A stretch of 64,000 nucleotides of DNA from the NCBI GenBank assembly GCA_951406725.2, contig OX597818.1, positions 86,428,001-86,492,000 on the forward strand, read 5' to 3'. This DNA is from Octopus vulgaris (lineage: Eukaryota). The first letter of the stretch is position 1. Each line of letters begins with the position of its first letter. Below, in pieces: positions 1 to 11,793 of this stretch. The translations under genes were made by a program, and so were the position numbers. Below the pieces are notes generated by a model. That model made no database searches, had not been told where the DNA came from, and saw only the letters and a list, made by a program, of their open reading frames with translations.

Positions 1-123
1 AAAGAAAATCATTTCAAATTCAATATTTCTGTAGTTTGCATATTAAATGTTACTACTATCGTATGTATCTGTGAGGATTTATTTGCTATTGTTGTTGCAG
101 TTGCTGTTACTCCGTTTTTCTTC

Positions 124-212
124 GTGTTGCTTATATTGTTGTTGTTGTTGTTGTTGTTACTGCTGTTGCTGCTGCTGCTGCTGCTGCTACTACTACTACT
201 ACTACTACTACC

Positions 213-282
<70 letters not shown>

Positions 283-343
283 ATGATGATGGTGGTGGTG
301 GTGGTGGTGGTGGTGGTGTTGGTATTGGTGGTGGTGGTGGTAG

Positions 344-381
<38 letters not shown>

Positions 382-400
382 TTGATGCGGATGATGCAGA
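124..400. repeat. Compound trinucleotide microsatellite (TTG/CTG/CTA/ATG/GTG)
   Basis: Successive pure triplet runs; these explain the homopolymeric ORFs at 47-432. Confidence 0.97.
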
Positions 401-980
401 GTAAAGATAAGGAAAAATGGGCATAGAATCAAAAGCTATTCAAACAAAACTACTTGATTAGAGGTGAAAAAAAAAACACACTCACAGACACGCATACAGA
501 CGAACATATGCACGCGCACGTGTATGTGTATGTATGTGCGTGTGCGTGCGTGTGTGTATAAGTATAAAGTACGCATTCATGGAAGCATACGTATGTGTAC
601 GAGTGTATGTTTGTATGCATGTGCGCGCGTGTTTATGTATGTGCGTATGAGTCCGTATGTGTGTAAGTATATATGTATGCATGCATGGGAGTATATATGT
701 GCGTGCGTATGCGTGTGTATATGTGTTTGTGTGTGTGTGTGTGTGAGTATGTGTGTAAGTATATATGTATGCATGTAAGTATATATGTGCGTGCGTATTC
801 GTGTGTATATGTGTTTGTGTTTGTGTGTGACTATGTGTGTGATTAGTGAAATGTAGGGAATACAAAGGACTCAATACATGGCAAAACTGAGAATTGTTTC
901 TATTTATGCACAAAGCATACGCGTGTGGATGTGAGTGCGTCTGTGTGCGTGGGTCTGTGTATGTGCGTTTGTGTCTATGC

Positions 981-1750
981 ATGGATGAGCTAAAACTGCG
1001 ATTTAAGGATTGTATGAAAGATTTTCTGACTCAATGCAAGATTGAAACAAACGACTGGGAGTCTTCTGTGCTAAACAGAATAACTGGCGAACAAATATAA
1101 CCAGTGGCATCAAATGGTTTCGGTAATCGACATTTGGTGGAGGTGCAATGGCCCAGTGGTTAAGGCAGCGGACTCGCGGTCGGAGGATTGCGGTTTCGAT
1201 TCCCGGACCGGGCGTTGTGTGTGTTTATTGAGCGAAAACACATAAAGCTCCACGAGGCTCCGGCAGGGGGTGGGTGGCGACCCCTGTTGTACTCTCTCGC
1301 TCCAACTTTCTCTCACTTTCATCCTGTTTCTTGAGTAACGCTGCGATGGACTGGCATCCCGTCCAGCTGAGGAAAAAACATACGCCATAGAAACCGGGAA
1401 ACCGGGCCCATTAGCCTGGCTAGGCTTGAAAAGGGCGAGAAAAAAAAAGAATCGACATTTGAATGGTTTAACATAAAGCAAGCAGCTTGGAAAAGGGAAC
1501 CTGATTGTCCAACAATTCCACGGTATGAGCGCGATGAATGCAAACGAGTTTGCCTCTCTAGAGCTGGCCTCAAAAGTCCTCTACACAATCACAATGAAAG
1601 GCCTAAGATTGAATACAAACAATTTCTGTAAGTTAATCCATTATGCAATCTATGTGGTGGGGGAATTTTCCAAGCGATCGGAACTCACCAGACACATGAA
1701 TGTAAACAATCATGGTACTGAACAGAATGAGAGCTTGGACTGCAACTCAT
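981..1750 (+). mobile_element. RTE-clade LINE 3' fragment (degenerate), interrupted by a SINE
   Basis: KLRFKDCMKDFLTQCKIETNDWE..NR matches the RTE ORF C-terminus. After the SINE it continues YERDECKRVCLSRAGLKSPLHNH, a decayed C2H2-like finger typical of RTE ends. Confidence 0.75.
1137..1449 (+). mobile_element. tRNA-derived SINE with 12-bp TSD
   Basis: A box TGGCCCAGTGG, B box GGTTTCGATTCC and A-rich tail. TSD AATCGACATTTG at 1125-1136 and 1450-1461. Confidence 0.93.
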
Positions 1751-2704
1751 GAAAAGGAATGTTACATCTGCAACTTAAAATGCGAGTCATTTGCTGGTTT
1801 TATAAGGTTCAAAGGTCACTGTAGGTCCAAGGGTCGCTTCAATTCAAAATGTCACTGAAAAAAAGAAAAGAAAAAGAAGTTAAAATCCCCAGAATACAAA
1901 GCCAGAAACAAGCTAACTTGTCAGTAATGATCATACTTGTCTAACAATCGGACACCCATCGTGTATATGTTATGTCAGGTCACTCTTAGTACTACTGGTA
2001 ACGCGTAACCCAGTATGACATGGTTGGGCCGTTGGTGACTAAACCGGCAACCCTACCAAGCCTGTTTCGTAAGCATGGTGATTTTCGTTGGACACTTTGC
2101 AAAACGAAAACCTGTCAAAGTACAGATGAACTCAGTCAAGTCGACAGCCATCCAACAACCAAATGCTCGAGACCCTTATTTTATTTTAGATTCTTCTCTA
2201 GGAGACGAGAATTCCAAAATAATACCCGTCTCATTGCGAAGCCAGAAATCTTGCACTTGCTTCTTCCTGGACTACTTCGCTTTTTAGGTGAGAACCTTAG
2301 CAGCGTCATGCAAGCTCTTGTCGACTTAACATTTCAGCACCTGCATTGCTGATAGCCCTTGTCTTTAATATCGTGTATAAGAAAACTTGTCAATGATGGT
2401 TATACTAGTTTACGAGTTGACAGCCGCCATGTATGTATGTATGTATGTATGTATGTATCTATGTATGTATGTATGTATGTGAGATTATATCAAAACAGAG
2501 AGTAAGACATCTATTCACGTAAAAAGGATTCAATACATAGCATTGCTGAGTAATGTTTCTATGTATTTACAAAGTATTTAATGATAGTTCTTGAGTTTTG
2601 AAACCAAGAAGATGTAATCCTATAGATTTCTCATGAACGACGAAGGGAATCAAACAGACATTACAATTAGTCGTTTGGAATCATGGAACACTCATTGCGT
2701 GATC

Positions 2705-2745
<41 letters not shown>

Positions 2746-2747
<2 letters not shown>

Positions 2748-2890
2748 TGTATTAAAGCGGCAAAGTTTTCAGAGTTTCACGTTCTCGTCCGTCAGACAGT
2801 TGTGATAAATACAAGATTAAAAAGAGCATATTACTCTACCTTTGGTATTCGAGTACTATTTTCCCACCTTGTTTTGCTTTTATGTGCTTA
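2746..2890 (-). mobile_element. Penelope-like terminal fragment with decayed hammerhead motif
   Basis: Minus strand reads aactgt-CTGACGG-acg-agaa-cgt-GAAA-ctctga. Similar to 27735-27820 and adjacent to (TA)n. Confidence 0.5.
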
Positions 2891-3737
2891 CTTGCTTGCA
2901 TACCTACACATGACTTAATATATGTATATGTGTATGCTTTCGCGTGCACGTGCTTATAGTTGTATGTTTCTATGTTCTTTTAAATATATACATATATACA
3001 TAACATACATATTTATATGCACACATGCATTTGTGTAAATACATTTACTGTATACACACACACACACATATATGATTGATTGATTGATTCCAGTTTCAGC
3101 TTATGAGCTGTGGCCATGCTGGGGCACCGCCATACATATATGTATGCATGTATGTATGTATGTATGTATGTATGTATGTATTTATGTATGTATGTATATA
3201 TGTGTATATATATATATATATATATTGCTCATAAAATACAGTGTACATTTAAACACATAAGGAATCCACTGAGTGGATATATATATAGATTGCTTTCGTA
3301 TGACAATAAGTGAACCAGTATGGAGTGCATATGTGTATGTGTGTGTATTATTGACATGACATGAAAAAGCTCCTTTGGTTTTAGAATTATCGTAATCTCA
3401 TTGTTCTCTCTAAATAATTAGAATTTCAAATAAAAATTCAATGATTCTCCAGATATTTTTCTCATCGACCGAAAATTCAACAATTAAGTTCAATCTAGTA
3501 CTTCAAATGCTGATTTCATCATATTCCTATCTGTATGTACATCATACTTTATACTTCCTGATATTCTCTCCTGTTTAGAATTGGCCCAGTTCTAAATATT
3601 CTCTCCTATTTAGAAGTGTTCCACTCTTATAGTAGTTTCTCACTATTTTGTATCATATTTAGATTTGTTGACGCTCTCTCCTATATGGAACACTTTTGTT
3701 GTAGTTTCTCACCAGCGTACATCGTACTTATATTTGT

Positions 3738-4154
3738 ATGCAGGTGTTCTAAAAAGACCTCATGGAGTGATGGCTGTGCTCTGCATAGTTACGGGTTGCC
3801 CTTTGGTAAGGTATAGGAATTCATTCAGCCACCCTGCCAGGGATACGGAAAAAAACACGGGACTGCAGTATGGTGGACTGTTAAGAGGTAGCGGAAAAGC
3901 TCAACTGAGCTAACGATGCTTCTTACATTGATGCTGAGCCGAGGAAATCTAGAAGACCAATGGTCAGGATCACCAATTTCTATCAAAAGAAAAGAGTAAC
4001 TGCTACTCATCCATAGGAGTGGTGCCCATGGTTGTGTAATCAGCTAATGAGAGATTTACTATTACTCAATCTCCCAGTATAAATTCATAATGATAGAATT
4101 GGATGGCGACAGAGAATCATGGGAATCCGCGAAAGCAACGAAAAGAAAAAGAAA
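3738..4154 (+). mobile_element. Non-autonomous retroposon with RTE-like 3' tail
   Basis: TSD ATATTTGT (3730-3737, 4155-4162) and A-rich tail. The 3' end translates DRIGWRQRIMGIRESN, resembling RTE ORF ends. Confidence 0.65.
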
Positions 4155-4269
4155 ATATTTGTTGATACCCTCTCCTGATTAGCACTAGTCCACTGATCCC
4201 TTTCAATTCTATATCCCACTTAGGCTTGTCGCTACTTTCTTCTATTTAGAAGAAGTCTACTCTTATAGT

Positions 4270-4654
4270 GTGGAGGCGCAATGGCCCAGTGGTTAGGGCA
4301 GCGGACTCGCGGTCGTAGGATCGCGGTTTCGATTCCCAGACCGGGCGTTTGTGAGTGTTTATTGAGCGAAAACACCTAAAGCTCCACGAGGCTCCGGCAG
4401 GGGATGGTGGTGATCCCTGCTGTACTCTTTCACCACAACTTTCTCTCACTCTTACTTCCTGTTTCTGCTGTACCTGTATTTCAAAGGGCCGGCCTTGTCA
4501 CTCTCTGTGTCACGCTGAATATCCCCGAGAACTACGTTAAGGGTACACGTGTCTGTGGAGTGCTCAGCCACTTACACGTTAATTTTACGAGCAGGCTGTT
4601 CCGTTGATTCGGATCAAACGGAACCCTCATCGTCGTAACCGACGGAGTGCTTCA
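4270..4654 (+). mobile_element. tRNA-derived SINE (same head as 1137-1449, different 3' half)
   Basis: A and B boxes. TSD ACTCTTATAGT at 4259-4269 and 4655-4665. Confidence 0.93.
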
Positions 4655-4729
4655 ACTCTTATAGTTCCTTACAATTGCATATCATACTTAGATTCTGTGG
4701 TACTCTTTCCTATTCTGTACATGTCCTTT

Positions 4730-4964
4730 GGCATTTCTTCAATATAACTTGACAAAATCAAAATATTTCACTTCGGGTATTTCCGTGGAAGCAAATGACA
4801 GTTCGATTCTGTTTTCTGCTTGGAAATTTGCGGATTTTACATACACACATGAAGCAGGTAAGAACAATATGCTGGCATAATTTCGTTATATCTATACTCT
4901 ACAACCCAGGGAAATACCCGAAGTGAAATGTTTTGATTTTGTCGAGTTATATCGAAGGAATGCC
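4730..4964. mobile_element. MITE, Merlin-like
   Basis: ~55-bp terminal inverted repeats starting GGCATT/AATGCC. 8-bp TSD TGTCCTTT at 4722-4729 and 4965-4972. Confidence 0.85.
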
Positions 4965-5354
4965 TGTCCTTTCTTGTGCTTTCTGACTATTGTTTATCAC
5001 ACCCAGATTTATTGGTATACTTTCCTATTAGCAGCTTGTCTACTCGTACACTTCCTAGCTCTTGGTTTCATCTTATGAAAATATTCTTTTTTTCGATCTC
5101 TGTATGTACAAATGACACATTTTCACTCGACCGTCTAAAATAGCAACCACATCATCCTTCAAATTTCACCCTATATTTTTAAAACCGAATGAAGACTGGA
5201 TAATGTAGACTTAGGTATAGTATGTCAGGAAAAGTTCCTGCTTGCTATCTTACAGACTCTTCTTCAATGTTCCCTTCAGTTTCCAAGGTGGTGGTGGTTT
5301 TGAGGGACTCACAGATTAAGAAACCTGTTTTCTCCATTACTAGCTATCAATAGT

Positions 5355-6350
5355 AGAGTAGCATATTCCTTAAATCTAACATTACTTCTTTCCGAATACT
5401 TATTAGTAAAGCATCTTTCCAAATCTTCATTAGCAACACTCTATCTTTCCAGATCTGCCTTAACAACATTGCATGCTCCTGGATCCTCATTAGCAGCACT
5501 TCAACTCAGATTCTCATCAGCAACACGACATCTACCCAAATCTTCGTTACTAACACTATCCTTATTAGCAATAGTATATCTTTCCAGATTCTCTCTAGCA
5601 ACCCTCGCCCACCATCTTCTCATATTCTCATTAGCAACACCACATCTTCAAGATCCTCATAAGCAATACTACAATACTACATATTTCTAGATCCCTTTTA
5701 GCAACACACCTTCCCAGATCTTCATAAACACGTTGGTGCACGCGGGTCGTCTCATCATTTCTTTTCAATGAGCCTATTGGAAGCCTTAAGTATGTTATTA
5801 TGGTACGCTAGAACAATTTTTTCGCTTTTTTTTTTAAAGTTTCATATTCATATCATGCCAAATTTTACTATGAAATGGAAGTATATTAAAAATATTGAGT
5901 ATACAGAAAATATGATAAGCAAAACAGATGGGAACGATAAACATTTTATTTAGCATTGAAACCAAAATAGTCTTTAAAAAAGAAAAGAGATTTGGAGAAA
6001 ATAGACGTACTTACGCCAGTAGAAAATATCCAAGAATTGCAATGTGACCCACCGGAGAGTCTAGTTTGTAATATGAAATAGGTTCCAAATGATCCACCTG
6101 TGTGCCGTTGTAAAAAGCACTATGTGACCTTTGCCTCACATATGATATAGTGAAAAATTATCATGGCATTAATATAAAAGCCAAGATAGCGTATTGGAAC
6201 CCAGGGACAAAACGAGATGTGAGGCTTGTGTTAGTAACACATCTTCCCAGATTTTCATTAACAAAACCACCTTTTCTCAAACACTCATTTACAACCTACA
6301 GCTTTCAAAATTCTCATTAGCAACACTACATGCATCATTCCAGATCTTTC
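5355..6350. repeat. Degenerate ~30-bp minisatellite split by a ~500-bp insertion (5729-6230)
   Basis: Units like CCAGATCTTCATTAGCAACACTACATCTTT at 5355-5725 and 6231-6350. Confidence 0.8.
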
Positions 6351-6784
6351 TGATGAACATGGAGTTGATTCAGTTATAGTAAGGTTCCTGGAGATACTTT
6401 AAGATTGATATGGCTGACTGAAGTGTCAAACTTCAATAAGCTATTGTGATATTTGAGCGCAGATAATGCAGATGATTTTCAATTGAGATGGGGAATACCT
6501 GGAAGGTGAAATAACGAGAAATGTGAATCTATAATATTGACTAGCGAGTAAATTGTTTCTGCTATTTACTTAATTAATGGAAGTACAAGATTAATTAGCC
6601 ATAACCTTCGCATGCCCTCGTGGACTAAGTGAGGTCAATGCATTTGGTATTTAGTCAGAAGTTTTGTAGATTGATGTCAAAGGCCGGCAGCTTTTGCTGG
6701 GGTAGGGCATGAAAAAGTGCTTAATGCCGAGTTTGGAGTGTCGATGCGACAGCTAGGAATCTATGTTCTTATCATTGCTGTTGC

Positions 6785-7225
6785 CGAAGACGGCAAACTG
6801 GAAGACTCAAATTGTTACCTCACCGAACGAAATACGTAGCAGTATTTCTCCCAGCTTTTTACATTCTTGTTTCAAATGCAACCGAGGTTGACTTTGCCTT
6901 TCATTGTTTCGCGGATGATAAAATAAGTACCTGTTGAGCAATGGTTTCCATCTAATCGACTGGCCCTCCCCACCTTTTGTGTGGACGCCCCCAGACGATG
7001 AAGTAGGCTAGCCCAATACATAGATATAGAGGGAGAAGCCTAGACGTCAAGAGTGAGAACAGTTGAGTAGCAGAACAGAGTAGTAGAGTAGCAGAGTAGG
7101 AGAGTAGCAGTTGTAGACGAGAACTGAGCAGAAGAGCAGAGTAGAAGTTGAGGAGTAGAGGCATCCGACGTGCGACATAACACCACCAAATTTCAGACGT
7201 TGTACCTATAATAGAAAGACTTTTG
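6785..7225 (+). mobile_element. Diverged tRNA-derived SINE (family B) hosting a solo LTR
   Basis: Matches family B (gactttgcctttcat...taagtacc...aatcgact...aaatttcag). Confidence 0.8.
6975..7182 (-). mobile_element. Solo LTR
   Basis: 5-bp TSD CCACC (6970-6974, 7183-7187). One end reads TGTTATG on the minus strand and the other is an imperfect inverted copy. Confidence 0.7.
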
Positions 7226-7974
7226 CCATTGTTGTTGCTATTTAGTACTTTGTCAGCTCAGATCAAGTAGATTTATGATCAAAGGCATACTGGCAGTTAC
7301 CATCACGCATACTTGCAAATCTCTTGCAATTTTCCCTTCCTTGCTTAAAATGATAGAATGTAATGTAGGAAGATTTGGTCGCTATCTCTAACAGGCCAAG
7401 CGACCATGTAGAAACTCCCTTATTGGTTCGTGAGACTTCTATGTTGGGTGAATGGATCAAATAAACTTGAGTGAATAATCATTTCTGCTGTAGGCAGAAA
7501 TAAACTTGAGTGAATAATCATTTCTGCTGTAGGCCAATCTTGAGTAAGATGAAATGAACAGTGAGTCACTATAACAGAAGAAACAGAGAAAAAAAGACAT
7601 TGGTCGCAGTGTGTTGATGAGTGAAGTTTTGTCTATCGGATGAGTAGTAATGATTAATGTTTATATATTTAGCAACTTACACTTTAACTTTTGAACAGAA
7701 CAACAATGTGTGTCCTACATGAATTTTGCAAATGGTCAGGAAATATTCATGACTTGATCTGAAAAAGAATGCAGTTTTGGTAATATTATATATTTGAAAT
7801 TGCTATGAAAGATAGTAAGATAATAAAGTATTTGACATTTGTAGCTACTTTGAGGGCTTACTGCACCTTCCAGCAAACCACGGTATACACAATTTTAGTA
7901 ATGGCGTTTTCCTCCCGAAATTTCACTACATATGTAGTATACCTTGACAAAGCAACATTCAGCTGTCTTTTGTT

Positions 7975-8190
7975 TTATCTTTTATGCGTTTCATTCATTG
8001 GCTGCGGCCTTGCTGGGGCATCGCCTGGAAGGATTTTGGTGAAACAAATCGACACCCAGTAGTTATTTATTTAATTTCTAAGCCTGGTACTTACTGTATA
8101 GGTATCTTTTGTCGAGCCACTGGTTACAGGCATACAAACAAACCAATGCTGGTTGTCAAGCAGTGGTGGTTGTAGTAGGCGACAAATACA
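7975..8190 (-). mobile_element. SINE family A 3' part
   Basis: Reverse match to the tail of 59321-59740. Confidence 0.75.
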
Positions 8191-8223
8191 TACACAAATA
8201 TATATACTTACAGATGTGTATAA

Positions 8224-8254
<31 letters not shown>

Positions 8255-8378
8255 CGTATGTACGTATGTACGTATGTACGCATGTACGTATGTATGTATG
8301 TATGTATGTATGTATGTATGTATGTATGTATGTATGCATGTATGTATGTATATGTGTATATATATATATGTATGTATC

Positions 8379-8424
<46 letters not shown>

Positions 8425-8460
8425 GATACATGTATATATATATATACATACATATATATA

Positions 8461-8627
8461 TAGGCGCAGGAGTGGCTTTGTGGTAAGTAGTTTGCTTACC
8501 AACCACATGGTTCCAGGTTCAGTCCCACAGCGTGGCGCCTTGGGCAAGTGTCTTCTACTATAGCCTCGGGCCGACCAAAGCCTTGTGAGTGGATTTGGTA
8601 AACGAAAACTGAAAGAAGCCTGTCGTG

Positions 8628-8726
<99 letters not shown>

Positions 8727-8885
8727 ATGTGTGTGTGTGTGTGTGTGAGCCAACATCGCTTGACAATCGATGGTGGTGTGTTTATGGTGTTCGACAAAAG
8801 ATCCGCTAGAATGAGTACCAGGCTTACAAAGAATAAGTTCTGGTGCCGGAGTTAAAATGACTGAAAGAAATAGAAGAATAAAAGA
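8461..8885 (+). mobile_element. SINE family A with internal (TA)/(TG)n
   Basis: Head TAGGCGCAGGAGTGGC..TGGTAAG..GGTTCAGTCCC, near-identical to 59321. Confidence 0.9.
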
Positions 8886-9582
8886 AAGAATATGTATGTA
8901 TGTGTATATATATGTACATATATATACCTATATATATGCATATATATGTATATTCACGACGAGCTTCCACACAGTTGTTAGTTGTCTAATAAATTCATTC
9001 GCAACAAATTGGTCGAGCCGGGGCTTTCATAGACTACATTTGTTCAAGGAGCTACGCTCCGGGATAGAACGCGAAATCACATAGTTACAAAGTCAAATAC
9101 CAAATATTTATTGTATTAACTAATACAAATTGCCTCCTATGAGTAGGTAATCCATGAACATATTATCGTAATAATAAATGATTATTCATTAACGTTTCTC
9201 GTAATTAAACAACCTTTGATCCTCTGATCGCAAATCTATCACCTTTATTTCTAATTTAAATGATCGCTCGAGAACACGTTGATCATTAAAACTCTTAAAG
9301 CATCGATATCGATATCATAATATTAGTGTAGAATTTCTAAGGTACAAGCTGAGCCTACAGGCTGGACATCTGGCAGTAGTAGATACGGCAATATCAGTAG
9401 TTAATGCGTTAATTACAAGCATTAGATTGTAGAGAGGCGTAAGATAGCATCAAACGATAGTTACATACTTTGTGGGGTTGCTTGCTACGTTATACGATGA
9501 CTGGACGAATAAATGTGTGTGCTCAAATGTGTGAGAACGTATATATATGAGGTAGAGAGATTGAGAACGAAAGAGGGGAGAT

Positions 9583-9674
<92 letters not shown>

Positions 9675-10779
9675 GGTCTTTGAACGACTTATAAATGCAG
9701 AAGTAAGAGATAAGATGAAGCATGGCATTTAAATGTCAAAAGTTGAAATGGCGTGACTGCAGTAGTTGATCACTTAATATTTCTCTCTAATTCGATTCCT
9801 AGTTCTTCACACATCATTGCAATCTGAATGTAAGCCAAATACATACATACGTACATACATACATGCATACATACACACGCGCGCGCGCACACACATATAC
9901 ATATATGTGTATGTAAAGAGATATATATTGATATAAGCGCATACATATACACAATTATGAAAAACGATTTTTTGCTGCGTAGTTCTCTCTGACTCCTAGA
10001 TTCAAATGGATATGGTTCTAATATTCATAGTCTGTGGTATGACTATGCATTCAACCGTTGCTTACTACTGACATGTAAACGAAACGTTTATTATCTGAGA
10101 CACGAATCTCACATCCCTTTTCAGTTTTACAGTTATATATAAGTTATCAGCGGCAGAAGAATTATTTGCACCAAGTAGCCGTCTGTATATCCCACTTAAC
10201 CTGGTAACATGGTAAGAACGTCATAATACTGCGATGTTCGCTCAAAGAAACCATCTGGAATAGACATAGAGAGCTAAAAAGCACAGGCGCGTCAGCAGCA
10301 AAATTTTTTTTTAAATGCCCACCACCGTATTATTATTTGTTACTAATACTTCTTACATCGTTAATATATAATTTTTACACATCCCGCAAGCTATTTTCAA
10401 TACTAGAGATTGTTTAGTCACTGTTTTTCGATATCAGTATAGGCGAGGTTTGACAAGTAATTGATATCTACTGCTGATAGTGGATATCTACTGCCGATAA
10501 CTTGTGGAAACCACGTTATCTAGCAGTTCCAACACTGCTATTGCTCGCTTTTCATCTGTTACTGATGAATATATGCCTTTTAGCACTATATGCGTATACG
10601 AGACACCTTCTTAAGACAAATACCGCAGTATCATGGCATTCTTTCAGTTTATTGGCGTTAAACAGGATAAACAAATTGCAATATAAATATACGATATATA
10701 ATGATGGACTCCCCCATCGGAGACGACGTTTGAATGTGCAGTCTTTGCCGAACGACCTGCACAAATGATTTTGCTTACA

Positions 10780-10995
10780 GTGATCAAATGAATGTGCCGT
10801 ACATTGGCTCACTCACTCCACCAAATCGACGTTGCCTGTCCAGGTGCATTATGTACCATGCGTCAGGTGTCGAAGTGATTGCAGAACAACGTGAGATTAA
10901 GTATTTTGCTCAAGAGCACAACGCACCACTCGGACTAGAAACTGAAATTACGATCTCACGACCGTGGGTGCAACAGTCTAACCACTAGGCCATCT
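10780..10995 (-). mobile_element. tRNA-derived SINE, diverged (related to 41255-41370)
   Basis: Minus strand GCCTAGTGGTTAG...TTGTGCTCTTGAGCAAAATACTT. Confidence 0.65.
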
Positions 10996-11299
10996 TTTAT
11001 CTTTTATCTTTTACTTGTTTTATTCATTAGACTGCGACTATTCTGGGGCATCACCTTGCAGAAATTTTAGTCGTGGGAATCGACCCCAATACTTATTTTT
11101 GAGCCTGGTACTTATTCTAGCTGTGCCTTTTGACGAACAGCTAAGTTACGTAAAAGTTTATTAGGTGCGGGCGTGGCTATGTGGTAAGAAGCTTGCTTCC
11201 ACACCGCAAGCACAAGCACAAGGCTCTGGTTGGCCTGAGGCTATGGTAAAAGACACTTATCCAAAGTGCCATGCGTTTTGGAAGCAAACTTCTTACTAC

Positions 11300-11793
11300 A
11301 AAGTCAGGCGAAGCGTCACATCGATAGCCATCTGTCGAACAATCTGCCTGGGGTTAAAATAGTAGTAACATGGAACAGCCACTTATAGTTATTAATCTGA
11401 TTTCTTCTTGAGATTTTACGACTAGCTACATTGCTTGTGGCAAATGAGTGGCCAATGGTCACTTTATTTACAACACATTGCTGGCGGGAGCGAACTCTGG
11501 CTATCGCTCTGACGGCCAAGTACTCGCGACTGAGGACAAGCCAAGCAGCTCGAAATTAAGTCAGTCTCGCCATCCTGTGTCTGATAGAGGATGTTAAAGG
11601 TTCGCTTCTCCTGCTAGCAATATGTATTGTATATAATTGGTGCAGCGTCACCCCGATAACCAGCAGGCGGAAATCTGCCTGGGGTTAAACTAGGAGTAAC
11701 ATAGAACAGCCACTTAGACGTGGCGGATGAATTTACTTGTTAGTATAGTTACTACTATGATCTCTTCATGAGATTTTATGACTAACTATTTTG

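Larger units (their letters stand above)
3500..5080. repeat. Diverged ~72-bp tandem array interrupted by three insertions
   Basis: Recurring tctc/ttc-ctatt...ctcttatagt...tatcatacttagatt; two adjacent units measure 72 nt once the insertions are removed. Confidence 0.6.

Noticed and set aside
47-982. Poly-L, poly-H and HT/CV/YI ORFs here and throughout the window
   Set aside because: Translations of microsatellites.
1137-1215. tRNA-like sequences (also at 4270, 41260 and the family A/B heads)
   Set aside because: They continue into SINE bodies, some with TSDs, so they are not stand-alone tRNA genes.
1502-1519. TGATTGTCCAACAATTCC resembles miR-219
   Set aside because: It is 3 nt short of the mature sequence, shows no precursor hairpin and lies in RTE-derived coding sequence.
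1995-2423. Imperfect inverted repeat suggesting a MITE
   Set aside because: About 6 mismatches in 25 nt and no TSD; the direct-repeat reading fits better.
5355-6350. CRISPR-like periodicity
   Set aside because: Contiguous degenerate units without unique spacers, eukaryotic context and no cas genes.
7458-7533. ~39-bp perfect tandem duplication
   Set aside because: Ordinary local slippage with no further structure.
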